DNA of 64,000 nucleotides from Phoronis australis. Taxonomy: Eukaryota; Animalia; Phoronida. Below the pieces are notes generated by a model that was not told the DNA's origin, did no database searches, and worked only from the letters and a program-made list of their open reading frames with translations. The stretch covers positions 850,440 through 914,439 of the forward strand of contig NMRA01000036.1 in assembly GCA_002633005.1 (NCBI GenBank), given 5' to 3'. Of this stretch, positions 26,500-38,713 are shown one piece after another. Made by a program: the position numbers and the translations under genes. How positions within the stretch are numbered: the stretch's first letter is position 1; each line of letters begins with the position of its first letter.

Positions 26500-27005
26500 T
26501 TTTTATGCGCCCGCATATTTATACGTGGGTGCGTATTGCCGTCATCTTTGTCCGGCGTCCGACCTCCAGCGTCCGCAGCAGTATCTCCTAAACCCCGAAC
26601 AGGATCTTGATGAGATTTAGCTGATGTGTGCCTATGAAGCTGACGATGGATCAGTGACGACTAATTTTGGATCTATCCGACAACCACTGCGTCCCCTAGT
26701 GGCAAGTTTAATTTTTACCGGTGCCTCTGTATCTTTGGAGTTCATGAATGAAATTTTGTAGTTTGACAAATAGGTTTCTATTAAGGAGACGACGACCTTG
26801 GCATTTTTGGACGGCTTGACGCTTCCGCGCCACCTAGTGGACATTTAAAAAAATATTCGAGTTCCTTTTTGGCGTCCACTTTTCTAACTGCCAAAACGTG
26901 TAAAGAATCATTATGAAAATTGGCAGGTGTGTTTCTAATGAGGAGACCACAGCTGAAGTCGACGTTTGGATGCGTTTGACTACTCTCTGGCGACCCGTAG
27001 TGGTT
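26500..27005 (-). mobile_element. Inverted partial copy of the array element directly upstream of the T-box promoter
   Basis: Reverse complement of the terminal hairpin and GGAC tract at 26500-26575. Reverse motifs at 26689-26702, 26827-26840 (CCACTAGGTGGCGC) and 26990-27003. Confidence 0.7.
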
Positions 27006-29847
27006 GCTGATCCATTTAGCAATTTAAGGCTTGGTGAGGAGAAATGTACTTAGGTGGCACTGAACAATTAGGCTGCTGCCGCAGCCAATTTGCATTCTCA
27101 AAATATTAAAATCTAGGGGTAGGCTAGGATTGGGGGCATTTTAAGTTAGGTATTGCATGTAGGTCAAGTGAATGTGGTTTGTTAGTACTCGTGAACATGT
27201 TGATAATGAAAAAGACCACTTTCTCGGCTGTAGCTGCCCTCTTCTTCGAGATGGCGACCCCTTGTTGCAATTGTGCGAATGAGAAATTGCAATTTCAGGT
27301 AGCCCCCAATCAAGCCAGATTTGCAAAAACTAGTAGGTTGACAGTACTTTTGGATGCATTTTTGGAATTGCTAGGAAATTTGCTTTCAGAATCTAATGTT
27401 GACTTTAGTCGAGCATCGACAGGGAAGTGGTGATTTTGGGGTGAAAGTGCCAATTTCTGCGGTTTTTTTTGCTCCTTCTTTCTTCGCCTAACTTGCTTTT
27501 CAGTAGGAGTGAAAGGGTCAAACATACAAAAATGAGAAAATTTCTGCGCTCATCTGTAGGGCTTGTGATGTGAAATGACTCAAAACAGTTTTTGATAGAG
27601 TGAAGAAAGGGTGACGAGTCCATTGACGTGTGTTCTGATATACAAACCCCTGTGAGAACTGCCCTGTGCCCTCTTAGCCGTTTTGTGTTTACGAAATATC
27701 GCTAGTGGTATTAAGTTATGATTTGCTGTAGTATAATACAAAAATAAAAATGAGCGGTATTTATGCAGCAATTTAGGTTCCAATCATTGAAAATTTATGT
27801 ATTTAAATTCAAAAGTAGGATAATTTCTTTGAAGCGAGCATCTTTTATTACAAACAATAGTGAAATCAGTGTTTTCTGCTTCCGAATTACGAATAGTAGC
27901 AACAACAACTAAAATAATATAAATCTGTTTTTGGAGTTGATTTAGTCTCTCAAAAATCCTATAATCTGTCACATCAAAGAAGTAAGGACAAGAATCTTCA
28001 AGAAGTGATATTTAAGTATTCAAAGACACAAGTGTTTAAAGGTCGCTCATGTCAGAGGTGAAAATCGTCAATGAGCGCGCAAAAGGGATATCTACTTATA
28101 CAAGCCTCAAATGGCTAAACCGATCAGCGCCATATTGAGGCTTGGGAACGAGGCTGATAAACATTCGGAGGTGGCACGGAACAACTAGGCTGCCGCAGCG
28201 GCCAGTTTGCAATGAAATTGGTTGGTTGATGTTGCGCATCAGTGCAATGGGCCCATCAGAGCAGCCTGCTTACGTCTAGTACAACATGTACCAGACAGTC
28301 CGCAATTATTTTTATGTTGTGCATCGGCAGGGAAGTGGTGGTTTTGGGAAAAAAAGTGCCAATTTTTATTTTTTACAATTTTTTCTGCTTTCCAGTAGGA
28401 GTGAAAGGGTCAAAATATAAGGCATAATAGGGTTTCTGTGCTAATCCAAAGGGCTTTGGATGTTACGTTAAATGACTCAAAACTTTTCATTCTTTGCATA
28501 CGTTTTTCGACAGTGTGAAGCAAAGATGACAAGTCCGTTGAAGTATGTTCTAACAGGAAAACCCCAGTGATAACTGTTCTGTGGCCCCAAACATCCCAGA
28601 TAACTTGTCGACGGACGTTCTTGGCGGAGGTCCGTAGACGCAATAATCTCCCGAAGAAGGCTGGCTGTGATCACGAGTTTCACTTGTCGTATGTCAAGGT
28701 GTCTTGCGTGATCTTGCGCTTTCTTGATATTCTCGCGTCTAAGAAGGCCTGATTCACGTTTGCATCGCGAAATTTAAATCTCACTGTAGTCCTGTTTAGC
28801 TGACCAAAGGTATAAAATCGAATCAGGCCTTTTAGTCTGATAAAGTCCGTCCCTAGATTTCATCCTGATGGAACTCTATTTCTTTGTTACTAACATGAAC
28901 ATTGAAAGCATTAGCGACTAAAGAAAATGATTCGGAATTTACTGGGTTCGGATCAATCCCAAAACTGTGAATTCGAAAATGACACATGTACGCATTGCCC
29001 AAGATTTGAATTGGTAACAGAACCAAAGTCAATGAATTTTCCACAGAGCTGCGAAATGCAGGTTCCTTTTCATGCTTTGATATCCCAATTTCCCACGTGT
29101 TCAACTCAATCAAATGAAGGAGAAGACTCGCCGAGGGCCAAAAAAAGACAACATTCACCAGTATTTCACGAAATGATTAATGAGGCATTTCTCAGCAATT
29201 TGACACTGTCGCGAAAGTGTCATTCAGTGTATAGTTAACGCTATGAAGTCACTGTCGGGCATTTTTACTTCTTTAGTTTGAAGACAATCTGGATACAGAT
29301 GCCATTTCAGCTAATACTCTCTGATGAAATATCGGAAAGGAGAGAAACTATAAAGCCTTACAGCGAACGTGACCGTGCCGGAAGAAAACAAACACGACGC
29401 ACTGACATCTATTGGTAATCTTTTGAACTTGCTCAAAGACGTTAACAAGACTAATCTTATTGGCCCCGCCATTACTGTGTCATGGACCGTAGCGACGAAG
29501 TACGCGAGTCGTCGACTTTTATTTTGTCAAATTCAAAACTGTGTCTTTGTTTAAATATCGAGAATATGAAATATTAGCCATGTATTGGAAAGATAAACAC
29601 TGGGGCAAAATATAGAGTAAATCAAGAAAAAATTCGAGCTGCGAAGCTAATGTAAATTACAGAAAATACATCATAAGCAAGAAGGTGACTCACTAATCAG
29701 TGGTGACCAGGTGAAAGTATGCGATTGGAGGGTGGCAGGTACAGAACCTGCAGGGTTTTGTCCAGGCGAGGGGGGGTCAGGGAAGCAACAAACATAGGCT
29801 AGTTTTGCTGAAGGTAGCAGCAAAAAGGGCGCTACAATTCTTTCCAA

Positions 29848-30052
29848 CATAGGCGTAGGAAGCAGAAAGCAGGAGAGACAAAAAGTTGGGGGCTGATATA
29901 GTTTTCGCCCCTTAATGTTGCAGCTTTTCACAAGTATCAATTAATTAGCAATTAATTATTAAAACGTTCAACACACTAATTTTGTTTTAAAATAAAATTG
30001 AAAAATTAGCAGATTCTCCTCCCCCAACCATCAAATGTTTCCTACGCCAGTG
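29848..30052. mobile_element. MITE with 5-bp TSD
   Basis: TIRs cataggcgtaggaa / ttcctacgccagtg, flanked on both sides by tccaa. Confidence 0.65.
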
Positions 30053-31798
30053 TCCAAAAACTGTCGTCTTACGCCAACTCAACAGTGGCCCAGATCTTTG
30101 TTACGAAAATTCACACCTTACGACATTCTACATTCTAGCAAGGGGCCTGCACTTCGTTGCATGAAACAGTCCTAAATAGTGACTCAACTGAGTTGCTTAA
30201 ATTTTTTACGCACTTGCTTCCTTGTTTACTGACAGATGCTATATTTTTCCACTATTTTATCTTTATTGTGAACTCATCCTTGACGTATGACGTTTTCTAA
30301 TAATATTACTAAAAACTGAGACCTTAATCGAGTCATAACAATTAGTGACTTAGACCTTAAATTAGGGGAGTTGCATGAAAAGATCCCTAATTATTTTCAA
30401 TAATATTGAGAATCCAACAGAGTTGACCCTCCATTTGTAACAAATTAAGCCAAAAACTGATTTAGTAATGAGACTCAGTCAGCATAAGAAAGGATATCAG
30501 TGTTCTCACGAGCTCACAAATACATTCCCAGTAGACTTAGGGAACTTAGTTGAGCCCCATTTGGGTCTGATGTTTCATGCAACCGGGCACTAGAACTCTC
30601 TGCATCCGTGCCTGATGGGGTCTGGTATGGGTGGGGTGTGGTGAGTGAAACTTGGGGCAACTAGGGTGGGGGGTTGAGAACCAGCGAGGGATGGAATTTC
30701 TGCGTGCAGTCCAGTAAACAGGTCTTGTGTGCACCTTAAAGCAGCCAAGATGCCTATTGAATACACAGTCCATCTGGATTTTTACGATGTCCTACAAATT
30801 TCGTAAACCATATATCCACAATATCCCTGTGATATCGCTCTGCGGCAGGTCTCGATGTTAGCGCCCAAGGGGTCTTGGCAGACAATTGTGACTAGGAAAT
30901 GTGCGTCTCGCTTTTTATTGCAAAAGATAACAAACGTGAAAATGACAACCCAATGGGCTATTAGACGAATTCTCCTCGCGGTGTAGCTGCTGCACTAGTG
31001 GTGATTGAATTGCGCATGCACCGTGGTCTACATGTAAACAGCTGGTAAAAAGATGAAATTGTTATTAAAGTACGCCGTCGCGCTAAGCCTTATTGTTGCT
31101 ATTTTCCTGCGTGCAAATCTTCGACCGGTGATCACAAATTCCCAAAGACCTAAGGCTACTACAGGCGTGGAGAATTGCAGTCAAAAGGGTCAACCAACTG
31201 ACAAAAAGTGTGTGGATGCCGAAGTCTCACGCCCCGTGTTTGCTCTATGCATTTCCATTGAGATATTACATAATCACGTTACTTGCTAAGTTTTTAGCAA
31301 TTAGTTTCTATCGATATCCTTCAGTGATGTTATCCCCACCAGTTACCCCACTGAATAACGGGTTTATTCAGTGGAACTAAGTGTTTCTTTTCAGAAACTC
31401 ACCCGGGACCCGGATGGTAGGCTAGCAGCACATATTGTCCTGGGTGGGAGTGTTCCCAATAAAAGAGGTGTACGGGAGGTGCCGCTCATAAGTCAAGAGT
31501 GACTTTTTCACAGCAGTTAATCTTGAAAACTATGCTATGTCCAATAAAATTCTCTAGATGAATGAGTTTCCTTATTTTATAGCGGACCCCACCCCCAGGA
31601 CTACCAGATTAGTTACCAGACGATTGACTGTGGGTTTGTTTAAAAGGTAGCTATGCTTTGAGATTGTGCGTAGATAGAAAGTGATTAATCAAATCCAGTA
31701 ATTAATTTATTATATGATAACCCCTAATTAGACAAATGAAACCTATTGTTAATTAAGTAATCAACTACAAAGAGTAACTATGCTAGCGCCCTCTTTAA

Positions 31799-32765
31799 AC
31801 AGTACACAACATGGATTTTTGCACAGTTTGAATTACCGGTGGTCACAGACTAAATGTATAACGTAAAATTTAGCTAAACCCATGTTTATTTTGTGTAATT
31901 AACTCGAAATTTTGATTTTTCTTTCAATTTTGCCAATTTTCACATTTCCCGCCATGTGACGTCATGGGTTGACCACAAGAGATCAGTGACTAGCATTGAA
32001 CAATGGCGGAGAGCAGTGAATTTGAAAGCGACGACGATTATGAGCAAGAATTGAATGAATACTATGAAGAAAACGTACGGGAATGGTGGCCAGGATGAGG
32101 AAATGGGGTTGCACGAAAGCGAGAACAAGTTTGATGTGCTTCCGGCTGCGTACTTTTCTACTTTGAGCCTTACGAACTGGATCCTCCCGCGAGAGAAGCG
32201 GCCTCGGGCTCGGCGAGTCAACCCATGCAGTCATCCAACAGACGATCCTGAATTAAGAGCCGATATTTCTGAATGATAAATATTGTCCTTTATTGAACCA
32301 GGCCTTCATCGTAACATCTCCTTTGACTGGAGTCGAAACACGAGTCCTCAAAGTGTGCAGAACACAGGGTGGCCCCGGACCGAATCGCTTGGTCCACGAT
32401 GAGGTCCCACACTCTCGTTAGGCGCACGAAGCGATGCCACTTCTGCGCAACTTTGGTGTCCTTCGGAACACCGAGACGTTCTCCGCCTGGCTGCTGTTGC
32501 TGCAACCTCCGGAAACACATCTTTTGATCCCTCTACGAACCTTCTCGACGCTAAATGTACTTTGCTTTCACCTCACTCTATACACTTTGTCTCTGATCCG
32601 AACTGTATGGCGAACGACTCGGGTTCAACCCATGACGTTGTACATAATTATTATTTTTTCAATTTTTGCGTGTTTCTTTATGAGCTGTGCACTAAAGGCA
32701 CTGAAATCAAGTAAGATATGATAATAAAATTTATTTCGAGGTACTAGAGTCATGTTGTGTACACT
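31799..32765. mobile_element. Kolobok-like internally deleted DNA transposon, copy 1
   Basis: TTAA on both sides. 15-bp TIR ACAGTACACAACATG / reverse complement AGTGTACACAACATG. Frameshifted THAP domain on the minus strand (KRCVSGGCSN...PKDTKVAQKWHRFV...LCSAHFEDSCF) and an acidic ORF stub on the plus strand. Confidence 0.75.
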
Positions 32766-34929
32766 TTAAAGATTACTTTAATCAAACAACCAAAACAATC
32801 AAATGTCTTATCTGCCATCCAAGCTAGGATTCTCCACTTCTTGGATGTCTGTCCTGTTGGTGAATCTTCGAACTACACACACACTGTATAGCGACAGTGT
32901 ACTTGCTGGTCATCGTCTTTGTTGATTTAACACTTGCAGGCAATTTCTTCTACCCGCGATTCTTCTTGCTGGTCACAGTCTCTGGCTGATGACGCAACAC
33001 TTCAGGTAGTATCTTACTACCCACGATGCAAGTGACAAGCTCTTAGTTAACTTCCTGTTCGTTAACCCTTGCCCTTAGTCAATATTTATTCTGACAACAT
33101 GAATGGCTATTCAGTAAATTCGTAATATTGCATTAGAATAAATATTGACACCTAGAATGAATTTAATTTGTTGAGATCAGAAACACATTTTAGGTGTCAT
33201 GAAAAATACACATTCATAAATCACTTTTAGCCTGTTTCACATATATTAATTCAGATATTAAATACGGCTTGGGTACAAAAAGTGTTAGTTTCTACATGAA
33301 TACAAACATGAAGATGAAATGTCAAGTATGTTCTGCCTTACAAAAGTAGTTTTATCTTGTATTTCTTTAATAGAAATTTGCTAATATTTCTCTGACTGTT
33401 CTGTTACAGGTGAGAGAAAACGACTAAAACCAGCCGCCTTACCGTCTATTTTACCTTCTGACAAAGTGAAAAGCAGTCCCTCACCAATAATCCGAGAGAA
33501 TTGAACCTCTCAATTCAGAAATTCAGCCCTTGATATCCCTGATTATGGACTCTGTTGCAATGGGAAAATTGCAATTGTTTTCAAATCCAAAGACAAGCTT
33601 TCTTCATGTCATTATTAGCAAGAATAAGGTTCGTTGGTTATCGCAGACATGTTTTTACTTAATTACAGCTTTTTGTAATTTAAACAGTTGCTCGTCCTCT
33701 ACTCCGGAAGTGACGTGTTGGAAGACAAGAATTTCGCGCCAATGTCTTTTCCTATAGTATGATTGTGAGAGCTGCTGAGTCAGTCATTGTTCTATCTCGG
33801 TTGTGATAAAATCGGTCGTCGTCTGCTTTCGTTTACGAGTCAGTCAACATGCCACGCTTTTGTTGCGTGTGTGGTTGGACAGTTTGCCATTTTGCTTTTA
33901 AATACACTGGTTATTGTTTAATCTCGAATCTTATGCATAGCAGATTCTTATCCAGCTAGCTACGATTGAAAACATAGTTTACTTGCATGTTTGTTATAGA
34001 CAAGTTAAAAAACTTAAAACTGTTCAAAGGCCTTCTTAAGAAATCTCTAAAAATAGTTGCACACATATAAGCAAATCAAATGCAAACAAAGGGAATACTT
34101 CGTTTTGATCGCCGGACATTTCTATAGATCAACATCAAAATGACAATTCACAAGCGTAATCGGTAATCACTTCAGCTTTATAAAGAAGAAGCACAACTGC
34201 ACTGTATGGGGCTTTAAAACTGAAGAAATATTGTGGTTTGAATAATAAGTGACAAACTCGCCTGTTGATGAAAAAATTATTCGATAATCAAAGTGTAACA
34301 CTAACAGATTTTTCACTGACAATATGACAATCCAAGCAGTCACTGAATGTCATTTCCGCATAATGTACGTGTACGAAATTGAAAAATTTTTGCCATCAGT
34401 ATGAAGCCTTTCTTCTGAAAGGAAAAGTTGATGTCACTCAGTGAGAAAGGACAGGTATACTCTCTTAATTGCAAAACATGGGAAAAGCCAGTCGAGCTCA
34501 CGGCCGGACTCGTTGATCCTGCAAGTCAGTGCTTGTTCTATGCACAGGCGTCCTCAGCTTCTGATCGTCCCCAATACACTACATATAATACTACAAGGTA
34601 GGACACTCCCGACTAGAAATTCCACGGGTGCTTCACTTCAGCCGTCCATACCAAACATAAAACTCAATAAATTTACACAAAACAGGGGTTCAACAAACCA
34701 TGAAGAATTGTTCTTTCTCCCAATACCATTCACAGTGTCCTGTTACGGCGACTTCGTAAGAAATTCGCTGTTAACGAACAAAAATGTTCTCAAAAAGCCC
34801 CCCCACACTTTCATCCTAGGCCCCTCGAGGTCAAGGACGGTACGGAAATTGCCGGTGAGTTACGGAAGTACTCAATATTTTTTCTACTGGCGGCTAAGTG
34901 TAGAGTTATCGACATCGTAACTTTACGCG

Positions 34930-35400
34930 ACAAACCGTGTACATGGGAAAACTATGAAGTTGTTATTTTCTATGTATGAAAAAATAAGAGCTTGTGTTCA
35001 AGCTCCAGATGGTTTGACACTGATCAATTCAAATGCTCAATCGGTTACCAGGGAGGGTTGCATCCTTGGCCCATTGTTATTTATAATTCCCCGCGTGGAT
35101 TTGGTTTTGTTTGGATTTGTCAAGATGTTGGAAAAAAGGAAAGTTCTTATCCCAATTCATACGGAGAATAAGTGACTGTGCTATACAGACCTGGCATGAG
35201 AACATACGTTGTACTAAGAAGCGTGATTTCTACATGGAATTTGAATCCTTGCTGTATCCGAGAAAATATTTGTTCTGCATCAAGGACAAACATCTTAGGA
35301 CAATCCTTGCCCGCTTTTGTTGTTCGTGTCGCTGTCTTCATATATAACAACGACATGTCAAAGGAGAATGCCACCCAAAAAACAACCTATTTTGTATCAA
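34930..35400 (+). mobile_element. Internally deleted LINE RT remnant (RTE-X/L2-like)
   Basis: KLLFSMYEKIRACVQ...REGCILGPLLFII joined to WHENI...YL-CIKDKHLRTILARF. Confidence 0.55.
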
Positions 35401-35837
35401 TTTAGATCGAGTAGTTCTACTCGATAACGGCACGTTTGGTTGCGTTACCTAACACCTGACGGCAGACGGAGGTGTTGAAATTATCCAATGACGTAATTGG
35501 TTTCACACGCAGTCTGTTCAGCAGCTCACAATACGGGTAAGTGGTGTCAGCTTATCGCTTGAATTCATCGTTTAACACAGAAAAATCATCAAACTTCGAT
35601 GTAAAACCACCGAATTCTTATAAAAACGTGTTGTTTTATTTCTCTGTTACGCATTTATTGATATTTGGACACACCGTAGCCTACAAAGTTCGGCAGGCCA
35701 ATTTACCAAGGTATAGCAGGAGTTAGGGGTCTGTTCGGAGATAAATTCGAACTATTCTTCCGTGAAATACAGACAGGAGAACCTAGACTTGTGTTGTTTA
35801 GACTTGTGATTTTTTGAGTTCTAAACTCACAAAACGC

Positions 35838-35945
35838 TTATTCCGGCCAGTGGCTCGGAACCCGATCAAGCCCGTCGCGGCTGAACTGACTCATTAAGGC
35901 CTATCCCGGCCAGTGGCTCGGAACCCGATCAGGCACGTCGAGGCC
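35838..35945 (+). repeat. Two ~62-bp-period GC-rich direct repeats
   Basis: ccggccagtggctcggaacccgatca occurs twice. Confidence 0.7.
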
Positions 35946-37519
35946 GCCGGAACTGGCACGAACATAAACCGGCTTGAGTTGGAAACTAAACCTCCAGTCA
36001 CGAAAAGACTATAATAGTGAGTCGAAGAAATAATGTGCACGTAATAATTTATGTGAGTTATAGCCACGAAACTGAAAATCTACTTACTTGTCGGGGGCCG
36101 CGGAGTCTGGTTCGTCTTCCACAGACCGTCACAGGGCAAAGGTTGTACAGTAACAATGATAAAGATTCCCCTGCCATGTGACCACATCATATAAAATCGA
36201 GTAATTGTTTCACAACAGCTTTCAGTCAGCAAACACTGAATTAGCATGCGCTCACTCGGCCTCGGTGCCCGGTCAATTACCTTAAATGCCAGCATCAAAA
36301 GTCGGTAACGCAGTGGTTTATTCATTGCTGGATTCTTAACATTTGCTCTCACGAATACTGCAAAGGCATTACAAATTGTATCTAATGAGACAGACTTTGT
36401 TTCAGTTTTATATAAGCATTGGTTAGGATGAAAATAATTCATTTTGAAACAGAACGCAGAATAATAAACGTCTGCATGAAAACTCGCCCCGGCGCCAATC
36501 CCGTCTTAGTCAAGAGCTCATCCGACGAAGACTTCGCGGGTCGGATCGTTAGGTTTCACAGGCTATCAGTTCGAACCGGAATACACTGATCAAGAAATAC
36601 TAGAGGCGCCGTGAACACGCACAGTCAACGGAACGTATGGATAGTTCTTTGGTAAGCCGGAATTCGTCAGAGAAATCACTGTCGACGAAATGCCGGCCTC
36701 ATACTTGCTATCAGGAAGAGATAACCAGGAAGGGACAACTGTTTTAGCGCATTTTAACGTGATTTCAAACGTGATTTCAAAAGTAAATGTTCAAGTTATC
36801 TGGAATCCAANTGCAGATTCATAGTTCGGACAAGCGGGAACGCTGCACCGCAATATAGCGGCATTCACTCTGCAGACGAAACACTGACGTCGCTGCGTCG
36901 TTTCTCACCTTCCTCACAGGTCTAACGCGACACCTCTCGGCAAGGTGAAGTTGACCGTGTAAGAGGCGATGTGGATATAGACCGATTAAGACGGTAAAAA
37001 AGACTAATTAAATCGGGTGACATTCTCCTTTAACATCCACAGAGAGGATCGTTTGTGTATGTTCTGTTATAAGCAAACGTAAAATTGATAATGATTTTTA
37101 CATGTTATTTGTATATTATGCACTGACCTTTGGAAAATGTTTATACCAGAGCATTTATATTCTAATCCGTGTGAACGAAAGTTCATTAACCTTATGTCTT
37201 CACAAAATGAATGTCAGTCAAAATATTAGATCAAATTTATTGCAGGCGTTTCGCATGAGGAACAAAGTTAATTGACAATTTTATTGTAAATAGCCTATAT
37301 TCTGTGTGATTTGTGACCTTGTTGTTAACTGTTTGTATTGTACGTGTGATTTGGGCCGGAGGCCTACATTACCCTATGAATAAGCCGAACAGGCAATCAC
37401 TCTTCAGTTATCTTCGAAACCACGGCCACAGATGTGATGGTTTTGTGTTTGGCCCATGGAGCAAGCGTTTGTGCATCAATCAAGATGTTAACAGGAATAG
37501 CTCAGAACTCCAGAGTAAT

Positions 37520-37870
37520 GTATTAAAGTTCAATCAATAGTCAAGGCTCAAACATTGCTTGGTCAACACATTTTCCCAGGAATGGTGACTCAGTTAGTGC
37601 TTTTCAAAGGTAAAGGCAAGGTTAAAACTCAGTTGCTGTTGGACAGCCCTGCTGGAGTTGGGTTCAACATTTGAGTTCCCTGACCAACTCGTGGAGGACA
37701 TTGAATGTATTCATGCTTTACGGCCACTCATCATCCACAGTTTACGATGCAAATTACCTCAAGCTCAAGTTCAAGTCAAGGATGGAATCACGGTTGTTTG
37801 TTGTTACATGCCAATTGCCAAAAGAACAAACTATCAATGTTTCATTTACGAGCCTCGTAGCGTAGTCTTT
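37520..37870 (+). mobile_element. Decayed Academ-like transposon fragment (XPG/PIN-like nuclease region)
   Basis: Across frameshifts it reads TLLGQHIFPG..DSVSAFKGKGKVK...LYGHSSS...KRTNYQCFIY, resembling the recalled LHA.TGCD.VSAF.GKGK and KRANYQ motifs. Confidence 0.5.
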
Positions 37871-38466
37871 GTTGGGTTCATTCCATATTCTTCTGTTGCA
37901 TTTACTTTCAACCCAACAACATAGCCTACATGGAGCCATCAGTCGCCTTCGAAGATCACATCATCTAGATGTTGACGACTTCACGTGATATTAGAACAAA
38001 CGTCAAAGCAACGCTCGCAACGCGAAATGGTCGTACCTTCGTGATTACTCGGTTGTTTCCAAAACGGAACTCGGCGGAATCTCGTAAATGCAAAGAAATC
38101 TGTCGTCTGATTTTTGAGTTAGATTAACTTTGTTGTACTGATTATAATCCGGCAAAATATAATATTTAAGATAAGAAAATGACCCACTGAACTCACAGTT
38201 TCATTACTGCGGAACCTCTCGGATACTTTCGTAGCCTTCTCTACAGATCACCGAGAAGCTACGAATTGATTTTCTTTTATTAGTAGCTATTTGTCAATGA
38301 CCCAATAAATCTCTGTGTTCGAGCTCACTTGCTGAGGCAAAAAGAAAGTGCAAAATACACTCTAAATACGTAATGGCAAATTCCCATAACTTGGCAACTA
38401 AATATCTGGCATTGATTACCACTGAAAACAACATCATTTCTTGTCAAGCTGAGTAGAATACTGTAT

Positions 38467-38472
38467 TTTATT
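38467..38472 (-). terminator. Candidate polyadenylation signal (AATAAA) of the C16orf89-like gene
   Basis: AATAAA on the minus strand about 57 nt after the TAG stop. Confidence 0.5.
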
Positions 38473-38528
38473 AAGCCTGCAGTAACATTAAGACATGTCA
38501 ATAAATCATGCATTTTAACCAGTTAGGC

Positions 38529-38713
38529 CTATTCAGGTCCAAGTAGTTTAGGCAGCATCGCTTCTTCCAGTTGTTCTTGTTGAACTGTGTATTCGACTAT
38601 GTAGCGAAGATATTGACTTAAACAACTGACTGCTACGGCGGTAGCGTGCGCCAAGCAGTCTCCGGGGAGAGGTCTCTCCTCTCTCTTCAGCCGTCTTTTG
38701 AATACATTGGACC
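38529..38713 (-). CDS. C16orf89: C16orf89-like exon 7 (terminal)
   Basis: ttacacag|GG acceptor. Reads (G)SNVFKRRLKREERPLPGDCLAHATAVAVSCLSQYLRYIVEYTVQQEQLEEAMLPKLLGPE*. Total CDS is 1089 nt = 362 aa + stop. Confidence 0.85.

Noticed and set aside
28927-29238. 103-aa ORF with an NLS-like PRAKKRQ
   Set aside because: No domain, no supporting exons, and the length is compatible with chance.
30110-30118. T-box half-site TTCACACCT upstream of T-brain (autoregulation?)
   Set aside because: An isolated 8-9-mer is expected by chance in 64 kb. No cluster or palindromic pair.
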